A DNA stretch of 43,603 nt, counting the filler, from Catajapyx aquilonaris (lineage: Eukaryota), in the NCBI GenBank assembly GCA_000934665.2. It is 2 parts of 2 records of this genome, joined end to end, with 100 filler letters (N's around TTAATTAATTAA, not from the genome) between each part and the next. Parts side by side here need not be neighbours in the genome. Positions count along the whole stretch, not along the records: positions 1 to 21,787 come from JYFJ02005994.1; positions 21,888 to 43,603 come from JYFJ02005995.1. One strand, 5' to 3'. The position numbers were made by a program, and so were the translations under genes. Under the pieces are notes generated by a model. That model had not been told where the DNA came from. It did no database searches and worked only from the letters and a program-made list of their open reading frames with translations. Shown here piece after piece: positions 15,625 to 28,104 of the stretch; position 1 is the first letter of the stretch, and the number at the start of each line of letters is the position of its first letter.

Positions 15625-16260
15625 TTTTATATACTCTTTGGGGAGATGTCGATTTAAAGTTGCCAAAGGATAAAAGTGAAGAGGAGTATTTTCCGAAGTG
15701 GATGGGAATTTCCTATCATAGAATTGGAACAGATAAGCATCGCTTATTGCGTAATTTGCCCTGTTTTACAGTACTACGTAGTCTGTCTTATGATAGGCGT
15801 TCTGCATAACTCAAAAATATTTACAATCCAATCCATTTGAACATGATACAACGTGCAGAATAGTTCAAACCTTAGATTTGAAAAGAACACACCAACCGAT
15901 GCATCATAATAATTAATTTCAAAATAATGTGCTATTAAAACCTAGCTTTACATGGTGTTCCCTTTAACATCATTCACTGAATTGATTGCACGTTTCATGT
16001 CTGGAAATTCCCTCGTTATCTCCATGTTTTGATTTTACCACAATCAAGTTTTCAGATAATATTTACTTATTGCAGAATTAAAAGTGTAATGTGCTAGACT
16101 ATTGCTCTTATCAAGCTCTTCTATTGAGTGGTAGAAAACACCTGGCTGTAAAGAGAAATGATTACAACCAATAATAATCCAAGATCCCTTTATCATCTCC
16201 ATGTGACAGATAGAGAGAGCCTCTAAGAAGGACGCTCATAAAAGTAATTGAAGGATCATA
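15625..16260. promoter_or_regulatory. Divergent A2/B2 promoter with conserved kappaB-like and GATA sites
   Basis: GGGAATTTCC 15704-15713, GGAAATTCCC 16003-16012, AGATAAG 15731-15737, CTTATC 16107-16112, CCTTTATC 16187-16194. These sites are conserved while the intervening DNA has diverged from unit 1. Confidence 0.7.
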
Positions 16261-16305
16261 AGATATGTCAGTGACTCTACGTAGTACCTAGTTACAAGCA
16301 CCACA

Positions 16306-17983
16306 ATGCGTTTATTTCTACTCTTCATGTTTGTGGCAGTTGCCGTTGCCAGTAGAATTACTGTTGGGAACCATGCTCTGGATAACGCTTGGACACAATT
16401 TAAGGTAATTATTGTTCGGTTATAAATTTATTACGCACTAATCTCCGTAATTATAAGCAGCAACTTTCCAAAAGCTACACGGCTTAGTCATATTAGAAAT
16501 ATTTTTAGTAATATTATATCAAAATTTGAAATTAATTCCTGGGTAATGCGCTGTAATTTATATTGTGACTATATTGCAGACAAAGTACAATAAGAAGTAT
16601 GATCTGAGCGAAGAAGCTTCAAGACGAATTGTATGGGAATCTAACAGTGCATTCATTGAGAAGCACAACCAGGAGGCGGCTCAAGGAAAGCACAAGTTCA
16701 CAATGGCAGTGAATAAGTTTGCAGACATGGTCAGTACCACAATCTAATTGCTCACAATTATTGCAATCACTAATTATTTATTGTACACTCCCATTGCAGA
16801 CCAACGAAGAATTCAGCCAGTCCATGTACCAGTACAAACCAAGCTCTGCGACCAAGAGTGGCGTACAAATAAAAGACGATGGAGACTTTCAGGATGTCCT
16901 GCCAGACAACGTACATAATCATAATAATGCAATTTTATTCCGGTTGTTCATACAGTATTTTGTTCTAAACAATAAACCGGTAATTATTGCAGATTGACTG
17001 GCGCGATAGAAACCTTGTGAGTTACGTGAGGGACTATGAATGGTGTGACACTTCATGGATTGTCTCAGCTCTCGGTTCACTGGAGGGTCAACATGCAAAA
17101 TCGACAGGAAATCTAGTGTCTCTCAGGTACAACGTTTCAAAAATTTTGTAATCGCAGTTGTGTTAATAAAATACACTTTTCAGTGCTCAGCAAGTTACGG
17201 ACTGCGATTCGGTAGGAGATGACTGCGAAGGAGGTAATATGATGGAAAGCACGTTTGAATATATCTTGAATTCCGATGGTGTCCAGGATGAAGACACTTA
17301 CAGATCCGACAACATTGGATATGTAAGTCCTAATTCTGTTGTTTTTAAACAAAATATAACAAGGATTTTATGTAATTAAAAACTTCTTTGAGTATACCTA
17401 AGCGCTAAATATAAAATATTTGTTTTTTAAAATATCTTGCTCTCTGGTGCACATTAACTCGTTCGCAATCATTGCGGAATATTTTGTAGAATCTCACCCC
17501 TTTCATGTAAATAATTTTATTTGTTTTGCTTGTTTACAGCCAGGTACGTGCAAATTTGACTCTAGACAAATAGTAGCTTCAATGAAAGGTTACGCGCAAT
17601 TGAAGTCTGGTAGTGAGAGAGAACTGCAGAGGGCAACAGCTGCTATCGGACCTATCTCTGTGGCGATAGATGGCAAAGGAGGATTCAGATACTATTAGTA
17701 CGTGTACTTAACTTCATAAATAACTGTCCATACGATGTTTAATATTAAATTATTTATTTTTTGCAGTGGTGGCCTATATGATGAGACCGACTGCTCTTCA
17801 ACTGATGTCAACCATGGACTTCTTGTTGTAGGATATGGAACCACCGATGATGGGACTGATTACTGGATAGTCAAAAACATGTGGGGAATGGATTGGGGAG
17901 AAAAGGGGTACGCCAGGATTGTAAGAAATGGCAACAACACCTGCGGAATAGCCACGAGAGCCTCATATCCAATCGTGTTTTAA
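16306..17983 (+). CDS. Cathepsin-L-like pseudo-protease B2, 335 aa, catalytic Cys>Ser
   Basis: Exons 16306-16404, 16580-16729, 16800-16910, 16993-17126, 17184-17322, 17540-17697, 17767-17983 (1008 nt, open). [25 protein letters not shown] has Ser at 17053-17055. [11 protein letters not shown] present; KNMWG replaces KNSWG. Confidence 0.93.
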
Positions 17984-18521
17984 AAGTCAAACAGGCGACA
18001 AAGTGTGTATTTTGTCAGTACAATATCATAATAAAATATTTCCTTGGTACGCTACGATGATTTCATCCAATGGCGATAAAATACTCTGAACACCTGAAAT
18101 GCATAATGCATGGCAGAATGCTCAAACTTTGGAATCACTCCAAGAAGTTGATGAGTTTTACCAAGAGGTTTTACTAAATAATTACCTTGATCTGTAGCTG
18201 TTATGTCACCATTGAGTGGGACGCCACAGACAATATGTATTGTCTGTGTGTGACGCCACATCAAGGTTAAAGAAATAATTCTCGCTGTATACCTACATGA
18301 TTTGGCTAATAGTCTAGGTAATATAAAAGAATGTATAGCCTACAACATTATGTAAAACGAAATATAAAATAATATGCAAATAATAAATAAAATGTGATTC
18401 GCATGTATAAAAATCAAGGAGTTACAATTATCAGAAAGTGCTCCACATGACCTTCATTGCGCACGGAGAGTACAAACGGTCTACACATAACAGGAATACA
18501 GGTAGGCTATACTCCTTCAAG

Positions 18522-19553
18522 ATGCTGCTGTCCTGCTTCCTGTCCCTTGCTCTTTGCCCCGTGTCCGCCCGCCCAGGGGCCAAATCTGGCCAGATGATGG
18601 GCTTCGGCTCCGACTACAGGCTGGACACATAGTGCGGCCAGTGTCACGAGACATGAGTCAGTCGGACCATCGGGCTACCTCCCAGAAGTCATGACGTACC
18701 TGACCGTTGACGACGTGTACGGAGAGTGCTCTTGCGCAGTGCCCAGCATGAGAGTCTGTCCCACGGACAATAGCAGGGGCCTATATGTGCTACTTTTTGA
18801 ACTCACAGTCAGTTAAGCAGCTGTCCACACATAAAAGAGAGACATTCACAAAGGACCCAAAACTGGGCAAAACTGATAATTAATCAGTAGGGCGTATGTT
18901 TACTTGTCCGGAGTGAGTCATCAGTCATCACCACAACTCAGTCCTACCCACAAACTGTCCACGTAGTATCACTGTCCCTGAATCGATGGCACGTCCTCCT
19001 TCTCAAGACACTCCTGGCACGGTGAGAGAGATTGTGTTACTACGTGGACCTTGATGAGTTCAGGCACGTTCAGGTGATGACTCATCCCGGCCAAACGTAC
19101 AACAACAATTGGTAGTAGTAGGTTCGGGACCCTGTGGCCCTAATGAAAAATCTATCGACCTTAAAGAGGCGCATGTTCTCGCCATTTTCGATTCAGGGTC
19201 CGTGCAAACTAGGCTACAGATTCACGTTCAACTCTGGTTCAGCCGGGCAACAGCTATGGGTGTCTAAAGATGGCGAGTGCTACGAGGAAGGGAAGAGAGG
19301 CCACCCATGGCCTGACCACAAGATACTGATGCTCCAAGGGTACGAGGAGACGAGGTGCGTGGATCTGCGGGTCGTCTCGGTGCACGAGGCTCAACCTGAC
19401 ACAGGGGGAGCAAGGCAATGCAACAAGGCTCAACAGACAGTACCAAACTACCTCGTAGGATGTCTTCCAGCTGTCCAGGTTCTTGATGGGACGGAGTGTC
19501 CGGAAGGATTCGTCCATGCACCATGCAGCCTACGATGGAGTGTGTGTCCAAGG
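18522..19553 (+). pseudogene. Pseudogene D2 of the secreted Cys-rich gene
   Basis: In-frame stops TAG 18630-18632 and TGA 18654-18656, small indels, a disrupted exon-1 donor, an internal deletion in exon 2 (from 19197) and a frameshift near the C-terminus, all relative to D1. Confidence 0.93.
18901..19099. mobile_element. MITE in the D2 intron
   Basis: Imperfect terminal inverted repeats tacttgtccggagtgagtcatca / tgatgactcatcccggccaaacgta, inner inverted pair gtccacgtagta / tactacgtggac, TA at both ends. Absent from the D1 intron. Confidence 0.8.
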
Positions 19554-20479
19554 GTAAATTACCACGTGACACTGCTAAAATAAATCAAATTAAACACCCT
19601 AGTTGACCACAAGAGTTGTTGCAGGTTTTTGTCAATAAATCTGTAAATGAAATACCTGTAACTGTAGGTATACCACCTTGGTCGAAATCTTTAACAACAC
19701 ATACTTAAGATGACGAAAAAATACAATAAAGCGTATAACACACATGTACTCAAAATATTGCAAACGCGTGCGTCAGACTTTGATATAATAAGTTATATCT
19801 GATTGGATATGGATCTTGGTGAATGTCCACTTGTCCTCAGATCACGATGTTGATTAAAACTGTAGCAGCCAGCACTCACGTATGAATCCGTGCGGAAAGT
19901 CCAGCTTTACAGCAATCTTGACAATAACAACATACTCATGATCGAATTGAATCTTTAAAACACACTCATGCTGCTCATATCAATTGAAATGTCATCTCTC
20001 AAAGTACCAAGTCAATAAAGTCAATGTGATTGTATTATGCATCTTCTAGTCACTTGCTTGTAATATACAGTAGCTAAGATAACAAGTAGCCTATTGAAAT
20101 ACCTAACGTACATTATTCTTGCAACACTGCGGTTAAATATAACTTATACATTACGAATAATAAATTAAATTTTAAAAATGTTAAATTGAGATGCAAAATC
20201 AGTCAAACATTACAGCTGCAGATAAAATACAAATGCTCAATATTATTTTTAATTAGTCCATAAGTGATACCTTGGTGATACTTCGTCGACTATTTTCTTC
20301 AAATCACTTTAATTCACTCAAATAGACAAAATTCGCCGAATCTCTCTGACATTTACAGTGCGAAACGACACTTTCTCTCTCCTTTACCAAGTGACTCCTT
20401 TATCCCTTGCTTGATACTGAAATATCTCAAGTTGAAAGCATATAAACAGAGTTGCAGAAAACCTCTCAGCACCACAACG

Positions 20480-21787
20480 ATGAAAGTCATTATTCTCCTA
20501 ACAATTGCGTATGCCAGCAGAATTTCTGCAGGCAACAACCATCAACTAGATGCGGCATGGAAGCAATTTAAGGTAGAGTATTGACCCTAACAATGGGTGG
20601 CCAATTTAAATGTTGCATTGTTGTTTTTAGATAATATACAAAAAGACTTACGATCAGTCTGAGGAGACTTCAAGACGTCTGGTTTGGGGGTCAAACATCG
20701 GCTTCATTCAGAATCACAATCAAGAAGCTGCTCAAGGAAAACACACGTTCACACTGGCCGAGAATCAGTTCGCAGATATGGTCAGTTTCGCAACATTGTG
20801 GTGAAAACCAGCAACTGACACTAATGTTATTTTCAGACCAATGCTGAATTTCACCAGGCCATGAACAAGTACAGGCCCAGCAAGCCTACCAAGTATCACA
20901 ATGAAAAAGTCAATTCCTTCTCGGATGAATACCTGCCTAACCTGGTAAATCGCTAAACTTCTATGCAATGGTTTTAATTTTTAAATACAATTTTTGACAA
21001 CTTCGCAGATTGATTGGAGGGCCAAAAACATGGTGACTAGTGTGAAAAACCAGCAAAATTGCGAGGCCTCCTGGATATTCGCAGCAATTGGGGCCGTAGA
21101 AGGGGCGCATTCAAGAGCAACTGGAGAGCTGGTGTCTCTCAGGTGACATATCACAAACAATTAAATATATTATTAAGTAATGAACAATTAATCAAATCAT
21201 AATAATAGGGAAAATTGAAATCTGCCTATTTTAATTGCCAATAATATATAAGTTTTCCATTGCATGGATTTCTGATTATTACAGCCCTCAGCAATTAATG
21301 GATTGCTTCAATATTGGAGGTTATCCCGAACCCTGCGAAGGCGGATCAACTGACGATGCGTATAAGTACATCCTTAAAGCAGGAGGTGTCGTATCTCAAA
21401 AACATTACAATTATACCGCAGTTGTAAGTCATCTTTGGTATAATGTAACATAAAGCTGAAGACCACCATGAACTAATTTCTGCCACTTTTCAGCCGTCAT
21501 ACATATGCAGATTTGACAGCAGATATGTCAGAGCCTCTATCAGCGGATATGTTAAGGCGGAATCTGGATCTGAAAAAGAGTTGCAACGCGCAACAGCTTC
21601 TATCGGACCAGTAGCAGTGGCCATAGATGCCAGCCAGAAATCCTTCCAATTTTATTCGTAAGTGTAAGCGCATCTTGTATCTTAATAGCGCAGCTAACAA
21701 TGGGATTGACTCTTTCAGCGGTGGCCTGTAACCAGATACCCAATGCTCATCTACGAATCTTAACCACGCAGCTTTAGTTGTCGTCTA
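20480..21787 (+). pseudogene. Cathepsin-L-like C2 (Cys>Ser), premature stop in exon 7, truncated by the gap
   Basis: Exons 20480-20572, 20631-20780, 20837-20944, 21009-21142, 21285-21423, 21494-21657, 21719-gap. TAC>TAA at 21729-21731 lies before the His codon; VVGY>VVVY; signal peptide 3 aa shorter than in C1. Confidence 0.8.
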
Positions 21788-21887
21788 NNNNNNNNNNNNN
21801 NNNNNNNNNNNNNNNNNNNNNNNNNNNNNNNTTAATTAATTAANNNNNNNNNNNNNNNNNNNNNNNNNNNNNNNNNNNNNNNNNNNN
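21788..21887. other. Assembly gap with artificial six-frame stop linker
   Basis: 44 N + TTAATTAATTAA (21832-21843) + 44 N = exactly 100 bp. Confidence 0.97.
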
Positions 21888-24800
21888 TCATAGTCTGTCA
21901 GGAACAAGCTTTCTGTAGATAGTCCTTCAGTTCCTGGACACTCAACACATTCCAGGTTCCAACATTCCTCCGTCGGTCATGGACTGAGGCAGAGATGGAA
22001 CAGGTCAGAGTTGGTCACTGTGAAACGTGGCCAGGTTACTGTGCAAAGAACAGCGCAACATTTGGTGTGACTTCTGGAAAAATGTGATAAGACATTGCAA
22101 TACCTCTATGCCTGATTTGACCTCACCGGACCTCACATAGCATTAACTAGTATCAGATATCAGTTTCAAGGTATCATACAATCACATGTAGCCTACACAT
22201 ACGAGAGAAGCTCTAATCAAATGTACCGTACATGATGCTATGAGTCGTGGGACTGGGTCGGTGGGCTCCATGGAGAGCGCCGGAAACGAGTAAGTAATAA
22301 AATTCAAATCGGGATCATAAGCCTCGGGGGGAGAGAAATTTTTGCACTGGTGTGTGGCTCAGATGTTCCTCTGCCCAGAAATAAATAGGCGTTCAATTAT
22401 TCGGTGGTGTTTTTGAGAAAATGATTTTCTTCCAAACCATGTTTTGCGAAGTTAACAATGTTTAACAATGGCTCCACTGTTAACCTTTGACTTCAAAGCT
22501 TAACAAAGCTGATAAGTAGAGAGGGTATGAGTTGTACTCAAAGTCTACATGTTTCATTTGGCCACAAATATTTTTTTTGCAAAGAAAAAAATTCGCGAAA
22601 ACTGCTAAAATGTCGTAAAACAGCATTTTTGCCAGTTTTTTCCGCGGTTGCTAATTATACATTCGCAATTATCTTATATCAAAAATTCAGACCTAGGTAG
22701 GCAATTGCTCCATTACAAATTTGGGTTTCCTGTAACGTATAGGAAAATTGGTACACGCGTCCAAAGTTGAGAAAAAATGAACTTTGAGAAATAGCAGATT
22801 TGGTACCCCTGCGGTTCTGAATTTTTTCAGGGCGAACAAAAAATGTCACTGAAAAATAGCCAGTGTCATTCGTCATCATTTCGACAGTGGTACTTCGTGT
22901 AATTTTTCCGTAATAATCGGAGACCAAGCCCTGACAACTTTTCTGGATCTGGCCTGATTTGAAATGGAACCACCCAGGATCATTTTCAGTAACACCTGGA
23001 AACATGGAATAGCAATCTTGGTCTAAATTTCATTCAGGAACACAGAATAGGCATTAAACCCTCCCCCACCCGCAGGATAGCTCAGGATAAGGAAAGTTAG
23101 CCCAGTTTAGACACTAAATGAAAGCAAAAAATACCACTTTTCCTCAATTTGCATCTCATTTATCAAGAATCTATATCAGGTTTTGATATTATTTTATCGC
23201 AGAACCTGTCTTTCCTGTATAAAGATAATATAAAAGCATATTGCATATTAAAAATGGCGTTTTCCAGATATTAATTTTTGAAATGTGCATGTTGTTGCAT
23301 AAAAACAAAAATCACCACTCAGTAAAAAATTCGTATCTCTCTGAATACAAATATATACCGAATTGTGATATAATTTAATAATAAAATGCATTCTACTTTG
23401 TTATAGAAAAAATAAAAATAAAATATTTAAAATGGCTTCTTTGAGAAAATATTTTTTTGAAGGGTACATATTGTAGGTTGTCACTTTACTAAATATTTAT
23501 TTCACATATAAGAAATATATACCGGGTTTTGAGACTACGTAATTTTATAACAAGTCTGTCCTTGTAAAATAAAAAATAAAAATAAAATATTAAAAATGGC
23601 CTTTTTGAGAAAATAATTTTTGAAATATGCATGTTTTCGTTTGTTGCCATATTTCCACCTCACATATCTCAACTACACGCCGAGCTAACAAAGGTTTTAT
23701 TTCATAACCTTTAGGGGGTCACCGAGTATATCACAAAATATAATCAGCACAGCCATCACTTTTACCATAACAGCGTAATAAATTGCGAAATATGAGCATT
23801 TTGACCAAAATATGCAAGATTGGAGATGTTTTTGACGGTGACTGTACCATTAAATAAGGTAAATTTATGCATTACATAACGGTGCATTATTCCAAAAGCA
23901 TGAGTTTAAAATTTCATACTGGTTTTCAGAACAGTTCCCGAAATATGTTCACTGAAAGCAATGGAAAAGGTGCATCTTCCCGTGATTGTGATTTTGGTAC
24001 CCCTTAAAAGAAATATTAATATCTCGATGACTAAATTAAATGTCGTAAAACTGATTGCTCCATAAGAGTTCAATTGGATGTGAGTTTCACATATATTTTT
24101 TTTCAAAAAAATCGATGACTATGACCTGACACCTTTTTTCACTCACTGCGGCTGATCTGAAATGGAACCACCCACATACATAAGTAGAAAGAAGATTATC
24201 CACTTGAATATTTTCTCCTTGGGAAATATTCTCAAAGTCCTTTCTATCAACAGTCTCATAGTGTGGTTTGGTATTTCAGTGTTGTAAACCACAAACATCT
24301 GGTATGCACCAGATTGCACAGCATGATACTTATGAAACTCAGAGCACCAGTAGGTCTCCAATGGTGCATGAGTGAATTATTGTTCTCACATATATCAGTA
24401 CTTTTATCATCTGAAAAGGAAAATAATGTCATGTTACACAAAGGGTTTCTGCCGAGACTAACATAACACAATTTCACAATGTACCTGAAGTCACGTCAGG
24501 AAAGATGGCCCCAATGACAGAGAGGTAGAATCTCCTCAATATGTCTAACTTGCAGGTCACACTAACTAAGTGTCCTTCCTTCCCTGGATTCACTGAGAAG
24601 GACACATGCTAGACAAGCAACGGTGTTTCTTGAGATTCACCAACAAAAACCTAGAAAAATTGTTCAAACATAACAGCTGCAACAGTTGAGGCATGCAGAA
24701 AGAACATTAGGTTTGATCTCGCATTCTGCAAATCAGGCAAATCATGAAAATTTATGGATAGTGAAATTTTACTGCATATCCACCTTAGATAATGCATAAT

Positions 24801-24974
24801 CATAATTTATGAGTTGCCATTTTCAAGGGCAATGTTTTTCTGGGAACAAATATCTCACAGAAGTCCTGCAGTTGGATTCACCCTTCATGAAACCACAATA
24901 TAAGAGAACCATTTACTCACCAAATAATACTGTGGTCTACCATTATGGAATGAGGGAATTTCTTGGGCACAGTA

Positions 24975-25223
24975 GAAGGGGTTGGTGCAATACTGCCCTA
25001 ACCCTCCCAAACCTGATTTTGAGAAAACTGCAGTTGAAAGTTTGAGAGGCCATATACATCCCATATACCGTGTGACTTATTTCATTTGATTTCTCAGTGA
25101 CCCATGGCAGAAACAGCACAATTTCAATGGATTTTATTAGATACATGAGTGTAGTGTGTAGAAGTGTGCTTAGCTCAATTTGTGTCATTTGGTGGGTTAG
25201 GGCGGTATTGCACCGACCCCTTC
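24975..25223. mobile_element. MITE with about 30-bp TIRs
   Basis: gaaggggttggtgcaatactgccctaaccc ... gggttagggcggtattgcaccgaccccttc. Confidence 0.85.
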
Positions 25224-25260
25224 ATTTTTTCAGAAATGATTTGCAGTATCAGCATAATTT

Positions 25261-25360
25261 TCAGGGGGAGTCAGGTCAGGAGAACGAGCAAGCTGGATTC
25301 CATGCCAGATTATGCTAAATTGCCAATATTTGCTTGTTCTCCTGACCTGACTCTCTCTGA
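25261..25360. repeat. Short inverted repeat / mini-MITE
   Basis: gagtcaggtcaggagaacgagcaa (from 25268) pairs with ttgcttgttctcctgacctgactc (to 25353). Confidence 0.8.
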
Positions 25361-26364
25361 ATATTTTCTATGGGGTGCACTCAAAGCATGAACATACATG
25401 TCTTCAGGCCCAGAGGGAACAGTTCCAACATTTGATTTAGGAAGAAATGCAATGTGGGACTTGGTATGGTACTTTAATGCACAGTAACTTCTGGGCCATG
25501 TAATAGTGTGCAATTACTTTGGAGACTCCCTGCAGATGAATGCATTGTACCAACCAATTTTTTTGACCTACAAATAACTATATGACAGGATGGATTGAGA
25601 ACAAAAGGTTTGGGTGGCATAATGTGAGTTCTCATTGCCTCCTGACTTTCAATGGCAAAGATAGGTCAGATAGAGCAAACATGCAGTGCACAAATTCCAG
25701 GTGGTCTGGAAGGAGGTGAATCTAACCCAGAAGCTGCAGTGAGAGAGTGGAGAAAGCTTGATGGTGAATGGAGTATAGGACCGACAAAAGGAAATGCAGC
25801 AGTGGAAGCAGCAGCAATAGGGGGTTTATCTAAGGCAGAACAAGCATAAAGAAGATTAGCAGAGGTGGAAGCATAAGAAGCTAATTGACAGTGATGGACA
25901 AAGAGGAGGCTGAAGAATCAGCAACATCAGGGCAGGAAGCAGCTTGGTGGTATCAGCAGAAGAAAGGTCAGAAAAGACAGGAGGTGAAGTAAGATTTGCA
26001 GAGGAGGAATCAAGAGAAGCAGTTGAAGCAGAGAAAGTAGGATGAGGAAATACCCCTGAGTAGGGACGTCTGCATGCAGACGTCCCTACTTTCAAAGAAT
26101 GACTTCCCCTAGCATTACAGACTCTAAGTCTAACATGACACAAACCCTCCCCATTCCCCCTCTTACCATCCGCAAGCACAGCAATTTCAGCTTATTCAAC
26201 ACAGACTCTTTCCAGAGTAGTATTCAGATTCTCCTGTTGGGGGCCTTTTCATGACACTAAATGTTGCACTGCAACACCTGCAATAAGCAATGAGGATTTG
26301 TTCCATCAATTTAGGGCTGGTTGCACACCACCAGTCCAAATACATTGTGCCATCTGTTATTATT

Positions 26365-26721
26365 GTCTGACCAGAAGTTAAAGAGAGTTGCTGGGTTTTT
26401 CCCATCAAGCCAAAATCCCCCACCGCCACCCCACCCCCTCGAAAATGCCCGACTTCCCGACAATCTTAATCTGCAAAAGGGTTCGGAAAGGTCAGACCGG
26501 AATAAGATGTTGCCCATCAGGGTACCTTATTACAATTTCTTATACGTATAATAACCAAAGATCCACAATTATGGCAACGTCTCCTTTTAAACTGATCTCT
26601 CCGAACCCTTTTGCGGATTAATATTGTTGGTAAGTGGGGCATTTTCGAGGGGGTGGGGTGGCGTGGGGGATTTTGGCTTGATGGGAAAAACCCACCAACT
26701 CTCTATAGCTTCTGGTCAGAC
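26365..26721. mobile_element. MITE with about 90-bp TIRs
   Basis: gtctgaccagaag...cccatcaagccaaaatccccca...cctcgaaaatgccc is mirrored by gggcattttcgagg...tgggggattttggcttgatggg...cttctggtcagac. Confidence 0.9.
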
Positions 26722-27355
26722 TTTTAATATAGCCCACCACTACTGGTTTACCAGAGGAAAGGTTCGAAGTCATAATTACCCTCAATATCTTGTTTTGTAT
26801 TGCCTCCTTTATCTACGGTACCTCTAATTCCAGCCAGAATCCAGACTTAAGACACCTGTGAAAACATTATGGTCAAATTAGTCGCAAGCTGTCATGGAAA
26901 AAATGTGAACAATATTAGCTTAAATCTGGCACAATGCATCTGTTCCATGAAATATTGGTTCAGTAAAATAGCTGGAAGCCTTACACCTGCCTTTATCAAG
27001 CATGTGGGAAAAAGTCCATTAGCAAGAGATGTTTGTTCCTTGCCAAAGTTTACACCTCAATTTTGCTCCTCTGTACCAGACCAATGCAAATGTATTGCAA
27101 GTTATATGGATAAAATGTATGCTCACAACTTTCCCTGGCCATCCTGACTATTATTATTATCGCACTCAGAAATTTGCCCTGCTCTGTTTCCCAGCCTAGG
27201 AATTCACTGCAAATCTTGTCTGCTTATTAGCACCCAGGTGCAGGATTTACCTATCAACTGTTGCTAGGATCCAGGGTAGATGGTGAACCTCAGTTGAGGT
27301 TTCTTTGATATCTTCACAAACTCCTGCACTAATGCAACAATGTCTTCAATCATGG

Positions 27356-27357
<2 letters not shown>

Positions 27358-27420
<63 letters not shown>
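27358..27420. repeat. (AAT)n microsatellite
   Basis: Read directly. Confidence 0.98.
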
Positions 27421-27423
<3 letters not shown>

Positions 27424-27574
27424 TTCATACAAATACTTGCCACCACCTCAAACCCCACATGGGATGCTTTGTGCGGTATGTATTAGTGTGTCCTTGCCAA
27501 TAAATCAGTTGCACAGATGTGGCGTTGTGTTGTTTGAGTTAGCTCTTGAAGGTAACCTTTGACAGAAGGTCACA

Positions 27575-28104
27575 AAATGTAACTGGCCATGACGGTGACC
27601 CCAGCGGGGCTCAGGTGTAGTCCGTCCCTGAAGAGAAGGTCCCTCAAGTCCTGAATTGGGGCCTGAGATTCACCAAGTGTATGTACTAAAACTGCATGGC
27701 AAGTTCAGCAAGGCCAGCATTGAGGTCCCAGGTGAATGCATTCATTGGCCAACTCTGTCAGAATTCTTTGCCTTCCTGTAAAAATTAATTCCCCTTGGTA
27801 TAACAGAGCTCATAAATAGGGAGAGCTGGGGTTTATCAGCTTCTAGTAGTACCGCAACTGATGACCTGCACCTCCCCCCCCCCACCCCCCATCAGCACAT
27901 TGTTGGGTCCCCAGGACCCAGGTTGAGAATAAACAGTCTCAGTTCAAGATACGAAGTCTGAAGTCACCCACCCCTTGAATCAGAATGTCATGAGCATGGT
28001 ACCCCAAATAAGACATACAGAACACAGCCAATCCAAGTGTTCCATGCTTCCATCTCTCACTGCAGTCCATGCACATGATGGTCACCAAGTACCAACAAGC
28101 TCAT
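27575..28104 (-). pseudogene. Degenerate SGNH/GDSL-esterase-like ORF (probably transposon-derived)
   Basis: On -, in the correct order but broken by stops and frameshifts: MSLLVLGDHHVHGL (block I-like, ATG at 28104), FILNLG, FMSSVIPR, LFRDGLHLSPAGVTVMASYIL (block V DxxH, 27612-27626). Confidence 0.6.

Larger units (their letters stand above)
24140..27150 (-). mobile_element. Heavily degraded transposase-like relic, possibly KDZ/CxC family, interrupted by MITEs
   Basis: Manual translation on -: YCGFMKGESNCRTSVRYLFPEKHCP*KWQLINYDYA (~24900-24793) resembles the KDZ 'GF..(G)ES...iiYD.AC' core. LANGLFPTCL occurs near 27025. Recalled motif similarity only. Confidence 0.3.

Noticed and set aside
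21888..22100. Minus-strand peptide EECWNLECVECPGTEGL, reminiscent of a Cys-rich DNA-transposase segment
   Set aside because: Too short and frameshifted to assign to a family without a search.
22300..24130. AT-rich region with short internal repeats (aaaataaaaataaaatat...aaaatggc) and a 108-aa ORF
   Set aside because: Probably the interior of a DNA transposon, but no termini, TSD or coding motif could be identified.
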